DNA of 64,000 nt from Victivallis sp. Marseille-Q1083 (GCF_903645315.1 NZ_CAHJXL010000001.1:3629339-3693338), one strand, 5' to 3'; counted from the stretch's first letter, positions 27,728-37,363 are shown. Made by a program: numbers and translations. The notes: generated by a model not told the origin, from the sequence alone.

Positions 27728-29380
27728 ATGTTGAATCCATTGAGCAAAAACAGCAAATTTACTCCGCGCCGCGGCCCGGTCGTTCTGATGATCATGGATG
27801 GAGTCGGTTTCGGCAAATATACCGACGGCGACGGATTTCTGCACGCCTATACGCCGGAACTGGACAGGTTGATGAAAACCTGTCCGTTCACCAGGTTGAA
27901 GGCGCACGGCACGGCGGTGGGAATGCCTTCGGATGCGGATATGGGCAACAGCGAAGTCGGCCACAATGCGATCGGCTGCGGCCGGGTGTTTGCACAGGGC
28001 GCCAAACTGGTGGACGACGCCATCACGACCGGCAAGCTCTTCGACGGCGCGGTCTGGCACGATCTGGTCGACAACGTGGTGCGCCACCATAGCACGCTGC
28101 ATTTCATCGGTCTTTTTTCCGACGGCAACGTCCACAGCAACCTGAGCCATCTCAAAGCGATGCTGGAGCGGGCCAAAGCCGCCGGCGTGAAGAAGGTCAG
28201 AATACATGCCCTGCTGGACGGCCGCGACGTGCCGGAAACCTCGGCGCTGGATTACATCGATCCGTTTGAAGCGTTTCTGGCCAATTTGAATGCCGACGGC
28301 GTCGATTACCGGATCGCCTCCGGCGGCGGCCGCATGGTCATCACCATGGATCGCTACAACGCCAATTGGGATATGGTGCGCAAGGGCTGGGAAACCCATG
28401 TGCACGGTTCCGGCGATTACTTCAAGACCGCGCACGACGCAATCGTCGCTTTGCGGGAGAAAACCGGTGCGATCGACCAGGATTTGCCGCCGTTTGTCAT
28501 CTCCGACGATGGCGTGAATCCGGTCGGGCCGATTCTGGACAACGATTCGGTGGTGTTCTACAACTTCCGCGGCGACCGGGCGCTGGAAATCACCGCGGCA
28601 TTCGAAAACGAGGCGTTCGACCGTTTCGACCGCGGCCGCCGGCCGAAAGTGGTTTATGCCGGCATGATGGAATATGACGGCGATTTGCATGTGCCGAAAA
28701 GATATCTGGTTTCTCCGCCGGAAATCGACCGGACGATGGGCGAATACCTCTGCGCCACCGATGTCAAGCAACTGGCGATCAGCGAGACGCAGAAGTTCGG
28801 CCACGTCACCTATTTTTTCAACGGCAACCGCTCCGGCAAATTCGACGAGGCGCTGGAAGATTATGTCGAAGTGCCTTCCGACATCGTGCCGTTCGAGCAG
28901 CGTCCGTGGATGAAGTCGGCGGAAATCACCGACAAGGTGGTTGAAGCGATCGCCAGCGGCAAGTACCGGATGATCCGGCTGAATTATCCGAATGGCGACA
29001 TGGTCGGCCATACCGGCATTTATCAGGCGGTCCTGGTGGCGATGGGCGCGCTGGATATTTGCGTCAAACGGGTGCGCGAAGCGGTGGAAAAAGCCGGCGG
29101 GGTTCTGGTCATCACCGCCGACCACGGCAATGCCGACGATATGTTCGAACACAACAAAAAAGGCGAGATTCTCTACGATGACAACGGCGAACCGTGCCAC
29201 AAGACCAGCCATTCGCTCAACCCGGTGCCCTGCATTGTCTTCGACCCGGAGAATCAGGGGGAATATTACCCGGAATTGCGCAATGGCCTGGGGATCAGTT
29301 CCCTGGCGGCGACCTGCATTGAACTGCTCGGCTACAATGCGCCGGAAGGGTATGATCCCAGCGTGTTGAATTTCAAATAA
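27728..29380 (+). CDS. gpmI: 2,3-bisphosphoglycerate-independent phosphoglycerate mutase
   Basis: 550 aa iPGM; metal-binding motifs (MDGVG, GNSEVGH, ADHGN). Confidence 0.92.
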   Translation: MLNPLSKNSKFTPRRGPVVLMIMDGVGFGKYTDGDGFLHAYTPELDRLMKTCPFTRLKAHGTAVGMPSDADMGNSEVGHNAIGCGRVFAQGAKLVDDAITTGKLFDGAVWHDLVDNVVRHHSTLHFIGLFSDGNVHSNLSHLKAMLERAKAAGVKKVRIHALLDGRDVPETSALDYIDPFEAFLANLNADGVDYRIASGGGRMVITMDRYNANWDMVRKGWETHVHGSGDYFKTAHDAIVALREKTGAIDQDLPPFVISDDGVNPVGPILDNDSVVFYNFRGDRALEITAAFENEAFDRFDRGRRPKVVYAGMMEYDGDLHVPKRYLVSPPEIDRTMGEYLCATDVKQLAISETQKFGHVTYFFNGNRSGKFDEALEDYVEVPSDIVPFEQRPWMKSAEITDKVVEAIASGKYRMIRLNYPNGDMVGHTGIYQAVLVAMGALDICVKRVREAVEKAGGVLVITADHGNADDMFEHNKKGEILYDDNGEPCHKTSHSLNPVPCIVFDPENQGEYYPELRNGLGISSLAATCIELLGYNAPEGYDPSVLNFK

Positions 29381-29407
29381 TTCGCTTTCGATGGCGATTT
29401 TTCCGGC

Positions 29408-29445
29408 AAAACACCGGCGTCAATGCCGGTGTTTTGTTGTTTCTG
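29408..29445. terminator. rho-independent terminator between convergent gpmI and araC-like gene
   Basis: AACACCGGC..GCCGGTGTT stem followed by a T-rich tract. Confidence 0.55.
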
Positions 29446-29450
29446 GAGTG

Positions 29451-30419
29451 TCAGCGTGGGGGATGATAAGCGGAACCGTTCAATTGCTGCCGGAACTTCT
29501 GAGGACTGATGCCGGCCTGCAGTTTAAATTTCCGGCTGAAATGGAACGCGTCGGCATAACCGAGTTTTTCGGCGATCCGGGCCAGCGGCTCAGCAGACCC
29601 CAGCAGCAGATTGCAGGCATCCCGAAACCGTTTCCGTTCCAGATAGACGGTAGGCGAACCGCCGGTCAATTCGTGAAAGAGGGCCAGGAAGCGTGACCGG
29701 GAGAGGGAAACCAGTTCCGCCAGTTCGGCGCTGGATGGGGCAGGTTGACCGGGCTGAAGTTGGGCAAGCGTTTCGAAAACGCGCCGGAAGCGTTGCAGTT
29801 TTTCAAATTTGGCATTGCAGACTTCCCGGCAGGACGCTCCGGCCAGCAGTTCCGCTCCGAATGCCAGGCCGGACAACTGCAGCGTCAGCGAATCGGCGAA
29901 GTTGAGATATTTGGGCAGGCGCACCATCGTGTCCAATTTTTCCCGAAGCCGTTCGGCGCGGTCGCCTCGATAAAGCAGCGGCAGGTCGAAGAACTCAAAA
30001 ACGCTGAAAACATGGAAAACCGTCAGGCGGAAATGGAGCCATAAACTGACCACCGGTTGTCCGGCCAGGTTGCTGATCCGATGGCGCACTCCTTCCGGGA
30101 TCAAAATGGCTTCCCCGCCCGGTGAAAACTCCAACGGCGGACGTCCCGCCACTTCCAGCAGAGTCCGGCCGCCGGCCGGGGCAAGCGGGATGGTGCAGAG
30201 TGCAAACGGCATCATCCGCCAACTGGTCGAATCGCCGGCCGGGACATCCGTGTAGTTGCCGACGATAAATTGAAACGTCGGCTGCATGGGCCACTCCCGC
30301 TTTCCGGAATCGGCGTCTACCGGCTTGCAGTAGAGCGGAGCAGTAAATTCATTCATCTTTTTGAGAATTTCAGCCATTCCATTTTTATGATTTTTCCGGT
30401 ATAATATAACGGTGTTCAT
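29451..30419 (-). CDS. AraC family transcriptional regulator
   Basis: C-terminal double HTH (AraC signature FHFSRKFK); N-terminal cupin-like domain. Confidence 0.8.
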   Translation of the reverse strand: MNTVILYRKNHKNGMAEILKKMNEFTAPLYCKPVDADSGKREWPMQPTFQFIVGNYTDVPAGDSTSWRMMPFALCTIPLAPAGGRTLLEVAGRPPLEFSPGGEAILIPEGVRHRISNLAGQPVVSLWLHFRLTVFHVFSVFEFFDLPLLYRGDRAERLREKLDTMVRLPKYLNFADSLTLQLSGLAFGAELLAGASCREVCNAKFEKLQRFRRVFETLAQLQPGQPAPSSAELAELVSLSRSRFLALFHELTGGSPTVYLERKRFRDACNLLLGSAEPLARIAEKLGYADAFHFSRKFKLQAGISPQKFRQQLNGSAYHPPR

Positions 30420-30451
30420 AACCTTTTCACAACCGTGGGGAACGAATTTTT

Positions 30452-30775
30452 ATGGTTTTAGCACTCAATATTGCCGGATTCTTTTTGCTCCAGATCATTG
30501 CCGCCTTGTTGTTTAAGTGGGCCAGCGCGGCGCCGCAATGGTATTGGTACGGTTTCGGCATCGGCAACCTGTGCGGGGTGACCAGCATCCTGATGCTGAT
30601 CCAGATCTATAAGATGCTGCATCCGAATCTGGCCGCCGCCGTTTGCACCGGCGGCAGCTTTCTGGCAATCCAACTGGCACTGACCCTGGTTTACCGGGCG
30701 CCAATCGGAATGGTTCCGCTTCTGGGCATCATCCTGATAGCCGCGGGCATTTTCCTGATGACTTTCCTGCGTTAA
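30452..30775 (+). CDS. small 4-TM DMT/SMR-like membrane protein
   Basis: 107 aa, four hydrophobic helices, divergent from the AraC regulator. May be the 5' part of a decayed larger DMT gene. Confidence 0.5.
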   Translation: MVLALNIAGFFLLQIIAALLFKWASAAPQWYWYGFGIGNLCGVTSILMLIQIYKMLHPNLAAAVCTGGSFLAIQLALTLVYRAPIGMVPLLGIILIAAGIFLMTFLR

Positions 30776-30929
30776 TCGGCAGTTTCGCGGCATTGGACAT
30801 GCTTGAATTTTCAATTTCGCCATCTTCGTGAAAGGCGAAAATGGCCTTCCTCGACGGCAGTCTGTTTGGGAGGATCGAGGATGTCGGTTTCCTGCACCTG
30901 CCGTTATGCGAACATTTCACAGGCCTATC

Positions 30930-31100
30930 CGATGGCGTGCGCTGCCGGTTCCGCTGACGGTGATCGTCACCGGAGTTTTCGGGCTTCGGCAAACGGTTGA
31001 CGTCTCTGGTGTTTGTCGGAATGGCCGTTATTTTCATCGGCTGTGTTTTAATGCCGCTTTCCGGGGGCGCCGCGATTGCGACGGCGGCTATACGAACGTG
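30930..31100 (+). pseudogene. frameshifted remnant of a DMT (EamA) transporter C-terminus
   Basis: Two adjacent frames read ALPVPLTVIVTGVFGLRQ then RLTSLVFVGMAVIFIGCVLMPLSGG (EamA end motif), with a +1 shift near 30960 and stops upstream. Confidence 0.3.
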
Positions 31101-31277
31101 GACAGTTTCGTCATTCGGACGTTGGCGGAATGTGACCCGGGAACAAGCCGGCTGCCGGTGCCGGGAGTTACTCGGGTCGGCGGGAGCCGGTCGCAATGGG
31201 ATATGTCACGAAAAAGCGCCGCCGCCGTTCCGTCGGTCTGAATTGGCGGAACGGCGGCGGTTTGTCTGATGCCGGCA

Positions 31278-32723
31278 TTAACTTTCGGTGTTTTCCGCCG
31301 CTTGGGTTGACGGCGGCTGCACGCTGCCCAGATAGTTCGGCAAATCGATGCCGGCCATGCTGGCCACTTCGTGCAGTGGCGGCAGACTCTGCATCATGCC
31401 GCTCAGGAAATTGGCGGTGGAAGTCTTGCCGTCGGCGGAAGCCTTGCCGGAATCCCAGACCGTGACCTTGTCGATCTTGATATTCTTGATCGCTTCGGTC
31501 TGCAGCGAAACGATATCCTGCAATTTTTCAATCAGCAGCATCTTGGCGGCCGCGTCGGCATTCTGGTTGCAGGCGTCGATGATTGAATGGTAGCCTTCGC
31601 CTTTGGCTTTGAGAATTTCAAAGTTGCCGCGGGCTTCCGCTTCCAGTTTGGCGTAGATGGCGTCGGCCTGGCCGCGGGCTTCCCGGCGCAATTTTTCCGC
31701 CTCGGCTTCGGCGGCAATTTCGATTTTCTGCTTGTTGATTTCGGCCGGGACGATCACTTCGGCGCGCTGCCGTTCGGTTTCCATCTGAGCGCGGGAAATC
31801 TGCGCTTCGGCTTCGGCGATGAATTTGGCTTTTTCAATCTGCTGCACGGCGATTTGCCGGGCCGCTTCCGCCCGCCGGTACGCTTCGGCTTCCTGTTCAC
31901 TGCGGGCCGCGTTGGATTTGGCGATTTCGATGGCGGCGATATTTTCCCCCTGCGTCGCTGCCGAATCGGCCTGCTTGACGGCGATACGCCGGCCGCGATC
32001 GGCATCCGCTTCCCCGGAGGTGGCTTCCGCTTCCGCCTGGGCGACGGCGACGCGTTCGGCTTTGCGGGCTTCGGCTTCCCCGATGCTTCCCTTGCGGGTC
32101 TCCTCGGCGACGTCGATCTTGGCCTTGTTGATCGCTTCGGCCGCCGCCCGTTTGCCGATCGCCTGAATGTAACCGGACTCGTCGGTGATGTCGGTGATGT
32201 TGACGTTCAGCAGTTCCAGGCCGATCTTCTTCAATTCTTCGGCGACGTTGGCTTCGACGGCGCGCAGGAAAGTTTCCCGGTCGGCATTGATCTCCTCGAT
32301 CATCATCGACGCGATCACCAGGCGCAGCTGTCCGAAGATGATATCTTTGGCCAGATTGGCGATCGCTTCGGGACTTTGTCCGAACAGGCGTTCGGCGGCG
32401 TTGCCCATGATATCCGGCTGGGTACTGACGCCGACGGTGAACACCGACGGGACGTTGATGCGGATGTTCTGTTTGCACAAGGCATTGTCCAGATTGACTT
32501 CAATCTGCAATGGCCGCAGCGAAATGTAACCGTAGTCTTGAATGACCGGCCAAACGAATTTGGCCCCGCCGTGGATGCATTTGGCGGCCTGGTGCCCGCC
32601 GGTTTTTCCGTAAATGATCATAATCCGGTCGGACGGACATTTGCGGTACCAGTGCACCCATGAGAGCAGCAGCATCAAAAACAGCAACGCGGCCAATATT
32701 CCGATGATAATCACCCAGGGCAT
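31278..32723 (-). CDS. flotillin / SPFH (band 7) family membrane scaffold protein
   Basis: N-terminal TM, SPFH domain, long EA-rich coiled-coil repeat region (YqiK/FloT-like). Confidence 0.88.
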   Translation of the reverse strand: MPWVIIIGILAALLFLMLLLSWVHWYRKCPSDRIMIIYGKTGGHQAAKCIHGGAKFVWPVIQDYGYISLRPLQIEVNLDNALCKQNIRINVPSVFTVGVSTQPDIMGNAAERLFGQSPEAIANLAKDIIFGQLRLVIASMMIEEINADRETFLRAVEANVAEELKKIGLELLNVNITDITDESGYIQAIGKRAAAEAINKAKIDVAEETRKGSIGEAEARKAERVAVAQAEAEATSGEADADRGRRIAVKQADSAATQGENIAAIEIAKSNAARSEQEAEAYRRAEAARQIAVQQIEKAKFIAEAEAQISRAQMETERQRAEVIVPAEINKQKIEIAAEAEAEKLRREARGQADAIYAKLEAEARGNFEILKAKGEGYHSIIDACNQNADAAAKMLLIEKLQDIVSLQTEAIKNIKIDKVTVWDSGKASADGKTSTANFLSGMMQSLPPLHEVASMAGIDLPNYLGSVQPPSTQAAENTES

Positions 32724-32769
32724 AACTTCCCATCTCCTTTCTGATTGGGGTTAATTCGGCAATTGTATT

Positions 32770-32844
32770 TTATTTTCCGGAAGAAAACGGCAACAGCAGG
32801 AACAGGGCGACGATGACTGTTCCGATGATGATGACACAGTACAT
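32770..32844 (-). CDS. 24-aa hydrophobic micro-protein (MYCVIIIGTVIVALFLLLPFSSGK)
   Basis: Not in the ORF track (under 60 aa). Canonical AGGAG Shine-Dalgarno sequence 6-7 nt upstream of the ATG. Single predicted TM helix. Lies between the IS110 end and flotillin. Confidence 0.35.
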   Translation of the reverse strand: MYCVIIIGTVIVALFLLLPFSSGK

Positions 32845-32849
32845 GGTCT

Positions 32850-34412
32850 TGCTCCTATTATGAAAAAGTCAAGAGACTGACTCTTTCTTTGTTTGTATTT
32901 TTCCTGTTATTTGTTGTTATTTGCGAAACTCCGCCTCAAAGGGCAGAGGACTTCCATCTGTAAATATTTTTACAGTCTTCCAATTAAAGATTATCTTCTG
33001 GTTGCGGTTCGGGCAAAAATCGGACACTATTATTGACGACAACTCTTGAATGAATTCAAGGTTTCGCATTTTGCTGTTCCACTCTGAAATAGCACTCGCA
33101 AACTGTTTTACATGATCCCCTCGGATCAAGGAGCAAACGAACGACGTGCTAAAAAGAACCGAATTTCACAGTCACAGCAAACAGAATCTCCGAAACTACT
33201 TAAATCTTATTCACTTGCGGATACCATGTAATCACGTTCCTGGAGCCACACGGCCCGAAGCGCATAGAGCAATTTCTTGCCGATGATCGAAATAGCCCGT
33301 TGTGGACTGGCCCCCTTATGAAGCAAGGCTCCATATCTGGCCCGAATCTCCAGATTGTACGACACCGACCTCCACGCCGACTGGATCAGGATGGCATGCA
33401 GTTGCTTTTTCTTGCGATTCCCGGCGGATTTGACGGCCTCGTGTTCGCCGCTGCCGACCAACCTCGGTGCGAATCCCACATACGAGCTCAGCGAATCCTT
33501 GTCTTCAAAGCGCAGCAAGTCCCACAATTCGGCCTGCAGCATCACCGCCGTATGAAACCCGACGCCAGGTATACTCTGTAGATGCTTCTGTACTTTGTCG
33601 CGCTTCAAACGCTTCAGACACCGCCGTTCATCGCGGATCACATGCAGTTTCTCTTCTCTGAGAAAACGCAGTTCCCGCAACATGCTCTGCAAGGCATAAT
33701 CGTAACGCTTTGCCGCGTCCGCATACATCATTTTCAAAGAACTTCCAGACCAACTTCCAAACTTCAACCCCATAAAATTCAGGTGTCCTTTGATCCGGTT
33801 TTTGACCCTGGTTATATTGCCGGTCAGTTTCGTTTCACGTCTGACCAGGTTTCTCAATTCCAAATTATCTTCAGGCGGAATATAGATCCCTTCCAATGTC
33901 CGGTTCTCCAGTTCCCGCGCCAATTTTCGGCTGTCCACCGCATCGTTCTTGCGGTCGCGCTCCTTGCCGCTGGTCGGCACGTCCGCCGGGTTGATTACGA
34001 TATTCTCAATCCCGAGCTCACACAATCGCCGGTGCGCCCAGAATCCGCTGAATCCTGCCTCGTAAACGCTCCGGTACTCGGCGCCCGGATAGTTCATCTT
34101 CAGATACTTCGCCAACATCTCAGGGCTCGGATTCATGCTGAACTTGTCCAGTTCACGGTGGCAATGCCGCAAATTCACCACCCAACTTTCCTTGTGCACA
34201 TCAATTCCGACAAATATCACTTGACCTTCGAACGATACCGTGCTACATTTTCTCATGGCTGATGTCTCCTTTTGTGATGTTTTAACTGTCTGCATGACTC
34301 TGTCCGTCAGAGCCGATGTCTTATTTTACAGTATCACATCTTTGAGAATCAGCCTCTTTCATTTCATAACCGCTACCTCATTCCTTTTTACCATAGCAAC
34401 TGTTTTTTTATA
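32850..34412 (-). mobile_element. IS110-family insertion sequence (~1.56 kb)
   Basis: Lower GC (~47%) than the flanks; single DEDD transposase; ends abut the nfeD stop (34413) and the micro-ORF. Boundaries are approximate; IS110 elements lack long TIRs. Confidence 0.7.
33207..34256 (-). CDS. IS110 family transposase
   Basis: N-terminal GIDVHK DEDD domain and C-terminal transposase_20 domain (HxxxAxxNI-like). Start placed at an internal ATG; could be 34295. Confidence 0.88.
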   Translation of the reverse strand: MRKCSTVSFEGQVIFVGIDVHKESWVVNLRHCHRELDKFSMNPSPEMLAKYLKMNYPGAEYRSVYEAGFSGFWAHRRLCELGIENIVINPADVPTSGKERDRKNDAVDSRKLARELENRTLEGIYIPPEDNLELRNLVRRETKLTGNITRVKNRIKGHLNFMGLKFGSWSGSSLKMMYADAAKRYDYALQSMLRELRFLREEKLHVIRDERRCLKRLKRDKVQKHLQSIPGVGFHTAVMLQAELWDLLRFEDKDSLSSYVGFAPRLVGSGEHEAVKSAGNRKKKQLHAILIQSAWRSVSYNLEIRARYGALLHKGASPQRAISIIGKKLLYALRAVWLQERDYMVSASE

Positions 34413-35033
34413 TTACGAGGGGGAGCCGGAATCAGCCGGCGGCTCTTCCAGCCGGCTGACCCGGAAACAGTCGCCGCCGATGATTTCCTGAATCTTCACC
34501 GGCGTGCCGGTCGGCAACAGTTCGTCGGCCAGCGCTTTGATCTGGCGGGTGCAATTCGGCAGCGCCACCGTCACTTTGCCGGATTCCGAACCGCCCGGAA
34601 TCGTCAGGTAGACGATGCCGTTGCAGCCGAGGAATTGCCGGTTGTCGATGTTGCCGGACTGCTGCAGCTTCAGCATCAAGTAGATGACCAGCGAGGTCAA
34701 CACCAGCATCAGCGAGCCGCAGATGAATGCCAGCAGCAGACCGCTCCAGCCTTTGTCTCCCCAGAAGACGCCGCCCCAGCCGAAAAACGTGATAAACGCG
34801 ACAATGCTTTTCATCGAGAAGAAATTCAAATTGGCCAGGTCGCCTGCCGTTGCGGCATCCGGATTGATATCGACGCTGTCCGGCGCATCCAGCGAAAGAT
34901 CGTCGCCGCCGTGCAGGCCGACCAGGCTCATAATGAACTGGATCGCGAAAATCGCCGTCCCGACCACGGCCAGGAACAGATAAAAGCTGTGAGCGCCGGA
35001 CAGGAGCTGTCCGAAATCTTTGAAGAATTGCAT
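34413..35033 (-). CDS. NfeD-like membrane protein (OB-fold C-terminus), partner of flotillin
   Basis: Three TM helices then a C-terminal beta-rich domain (GTPVKIQEIIGGDCFRV). Start at internal ATG with an aaggaga Shine-Dalgarno sequence. Confidence 0.8.
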   Translation of the reverse strand: MQFFKDFGQLLSGAHSFYLFLAVVGTAIFAIQFIMSLVGLHGGDDLSLDAPDSVDINPDAATAGDLANLNFFSMKSIVAFITFFGWGGVFWGDKGWSGLLLAFICGSLMLVLTSLVIYLMLKLQQSGNIDNRQFLGCNGIVYLTIPGGSESGKVTVALPNCTRQIKALADELLPTGTPVKIQEIIGGDCFRVSRLEEPPADSGSPS

Positions 35034-35154
35034 CGATTCATCTCCTTGGTTGAAACGGCTTCCAGTCGGTCTATTGTGATTGCCCGAGTATAGTATGACA
35101 TATTTTAAAAAAATATGCAACTGTTTTGGGAGAAAAAATGCGTTTTTTCGAATA

Positions 35155-35206
35155 AATTTCACACAATGTTTGCTTTTATTACTCTTCTTCACACAATGTG
35201 AAATTT
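35155..35206. promoter_or_regulatory. operator-like repeats upstream of nfeD: direct repeat TCACACAATGT x2 and palindrome TTCACA-N3-TGTGAA flanked by AAATTT arms
   Basis: Seen directly in the 216-bp intergenic region 120-170 nt upstream of the nfeD start. Confidence 0.3.
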
Positions 35207-35249
35207 CCAGTGGCGCATCCGGCCGCGGCGCCTCAAGGTCGCCGCCGGA

Positions 35250-35876
35250 TCAATGGCGGCATAATTTCTGCCGGATTTCGCTGCCCAGCGCCATGATTTT
35301 ATTTCGAACCAATCGCTTTTCGTCTTTCTGAATGGTCAGAATGTAGCTGAACAGCAAATAAACAGCGGCCCCGGCCGAAGAGGCGGCCAGAAGGTACAGA
35401 AATAACGCATCCCCCGGAGAAATCACTTTTTTCAGTCCGATCAGTGTAAGGCACATCGGAATGGCCGCGGCGAGCTGCAGCAACGCAATTTTCCAGACCA
35501 GGACATAATATTTCATCTTCATGTATCGAAGCAGCAGAGGCAGGATCAGCGCAAAAGTGCTTACGGCTTTGATTCCCAAGGCAATCAGCGTTACGGCGAT
35601 GAAAGAAAAATACGGCAGCAGAAGCAGGCAGCAGATGACATTCACGCCGGCTTCCGCGATGACGATCCAGGAAATGAATTTATGGTAATCGGCCATAACC
35701 AGAAATTTGTCCGGAATACTCCGGAACACCAGAATGATGTAGAGTTCCATGGCAATGATCCGGCATCCCCAGGTGATGAGCGGGTCTTCGATTTTAAAAA
35801 GAAACTCCAGCAATTCTCCGCTCATGCATATCAGGGCCAGTGACATGCCGGTTGCCAGGAAACTGTTCCAGCGCAT
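35250..35876 (-). CDS. hypothetical polytopic membrane protein (6 TM), possibly polysaccharide/GtrA-like translocase associated with the upstream GT2
   Basis: ORF 35250..36311 overlaps the GT2 gene in another frame; start placed at the internal ATG (MRWNSF) 6 nt after the GT2 stop. Confidence 0.45.
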   Translation of the reverse strand: MRWNSFLATGMSLALICMSGELLEFLFKIEDPLITWGCRIIAMELYIILVFRSIPDKFLVMADYHKFISWIVIAEAGVNVICCLLLLPYFSFIAVTLIALGIKAVSTFALILPLLLRYMKMKYYVLVWKIALLQLAAAIPMCLTLIGLKKVISPGDALFLYLLAASSAGAAVYLLFSYILTIQKDEKRLVRNKIMALGSEIRQKLCRH

Positions 35877-35881
35877 GGAAT

Positions 35882-36904
35882 TCAGCAATATTCTGGACAA
35901 TTCCGCATATTTCCCCTGGGCGTGCAAACCGGCGGCAGAAAACGCAGCGCCAGGCGCTTGCTGGAACCGGCGAAGGGAACAACGGTCCGGAATAATGTCA
36001 TTCGTTCCCGATCGGCTGCCAGCCGGCGATATTCGGCGAAACGTTCGGCAATGGAGAAGTTTTCCATTTTGGGGTCTGTCCAGTACCGCAACAGGTAATC
36101 GGCATAAAACGAAACCAGGGGGTGGCGGACGCATTCCGGAATGTCGTGATCCCGCCAGAAATCCAGGAACGATATGACGTTGTCGATATGATGGGCCAAA
36201 GTGCGCAAATCTTTTTTCGTCATAAGGGGATCGGGCCGGCGGCGATAAAAATAATGGATAAAATAATGGGAGAGGACCCGCTTGGCATAAAACATTACGC
36301 GCGGGGTCCATTCATCATCCTCATGCAGGCGGCGGTCGATTTGGAACAACTCGTGATCCAGCAGGAATTGACGGCGGTAAATGCGCAGCCACACCATCAG
36401 GTATCCCGTTGCCAACATCGTCTGCAAAGCCGTTGAGCCGTCGATGATGCGGTCCGGCGGCAACAGTTCAAAATGTTGTTTGGTCTGCTGTTGACAATCG
36501 TCAGATCCTTCAATGAACGCGGTTCCGCCACAGACGATATCCGGCATCTGATACTGCTCGATCAATTGAGCAAAGGTTTGCAATGCATCCTCGTTCAGCC
36601 TGTCATCGCCGTCCAGCCAGACCATATACATGCCCCGGGCATGGCGCAACGCAAAATTCCTGCCGGACGCAACCGAACCGGAACGGGGACGTTCGAACAG
36701 CCGGAAACGTTCATCGCCGGCAAACAGCTCCCGGCAGATTCTTTCCGAGCCGTCGGTGCTGGTTTCGATGACTACAATTGCTTCAAAATTTCGATAGGTC
36801 TGATGCAATAGAGAATGGGCCGCTTGCGGTAAATAAGCAGCGATATTGCATACCGACACACCCACGGTAAACAGTGGCGGCACGGGCATCCTTTTGTTAG
36901 GCAT
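35882..36904 (-). CDS. family 2 glycosyltransferase
   Basis: PLFTVGVSVCN N-terminal motif, DGDD, GT-A fold. The true start may be the ATG at 36889. Confidence 0.8.
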   Translation of the reverse strand: MPNKRMPVPPLFTVGVSVCNIAAYLPQAAHSLLHQTYRNFEAIVVIETSTDGSERICRELFAGDERFRLFERPRSGSVASGRNFALRHARGMYMVWLDGDDRLNEDALQTFAQLIEQYQMPDIVCGGTAFIEGSDDCQQQTKQHFELLPPDRIIDGSTALQTMLATGYLMVWLRIYRRQFLLDHELFQIDRRLHEDDEWTPRVMFYAKRVLSHYFIHYFYRRRPDPLMTKKDLRTLAHHIDNVISFLDFWRDHDIPECVRHPLVSFYADYLLRYWTDPKMENFSIAERFAEYRRLAADRERMTLFRTVVPFAGSSKRLALRFLPPVCTPRGNMRNCPEYC

Positions 36905-37033
36905 CCATTATTTTGTTTTTCGGACCAGACCGTTATACGGCACTCCGCCGATTTGCCGGCTTAAAATAACCGGGGAAAACGAAATCGCAAGGTGCCTTTT
37001 CTGGTTCGATGATTGTTTTGTGAAAATTTCATT

Positions 37034-37363
37034 TTACTTTTTTTGGGTTTGATTCTCAAACAGTTCCGCCGCCAGCGCGACACAGGCTGCGCATGGATAA
37101 TGCCGTGCCTGTTTCAATTCCCGGCAGCATACTGCGCCGGCCCGCCTTTGAAACTCGTCATGGATTGCCTGGCGTTTTTCCGCCGGCGCCAACAGCATGG
37201 CGGCGTACAACGCGCCGCAAAGCCCCTCCGGCGCTTTTCCGCCGCCGCAACCGTTCAATTCTCCGGCGAGGGTTTCGTCGCCGGCCGCCAGGGCTACGCA
37301 CTGCGCGCAGTTGCCGCGCTTGGGTGTCTCGGTGAACAATTGTTCCGCTTTTTCTTTTAACAT
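37034..37363 (-). CDS. C_GCAxxG_C_C family putative redox-active protein
   Basis: 109 aa; GNCAQCV ... CGALYAAM ... CCREL cysteine pattern. Confidence 0.55.
   Translation of the reverse strand: MLKEKAEQLFTETPKRGNCAQCVALAAGDETLAGELNGCGGGKAPEGLCGALYAAMLLAPAEKRQAIHDEFQRRAGAVCCRELKQARHYPCAACVALAAELFENQTQKK

Noticed and set aside
27707-29212. 501-aa minus-strand ORF
   Set aside because: Antisense to gpmI.
31600-32200. Possible tandem repeat or CRISPR-like periodicity
   Set aside because: Periodicity comes from the coding EA-rich coiled-coil repeats of flotillin (imperfect, in-frame), not from spacer-repeat architecture. No CRISPR array anywhere in the window.
31587-32663. 358-aa plus-strand ORF (Gly/Phe/Arg-rich)
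   Set aside because: Antisense to the flotillin coiled-coil repeat region; repetitive translation mirrors the EA-rich repeats.
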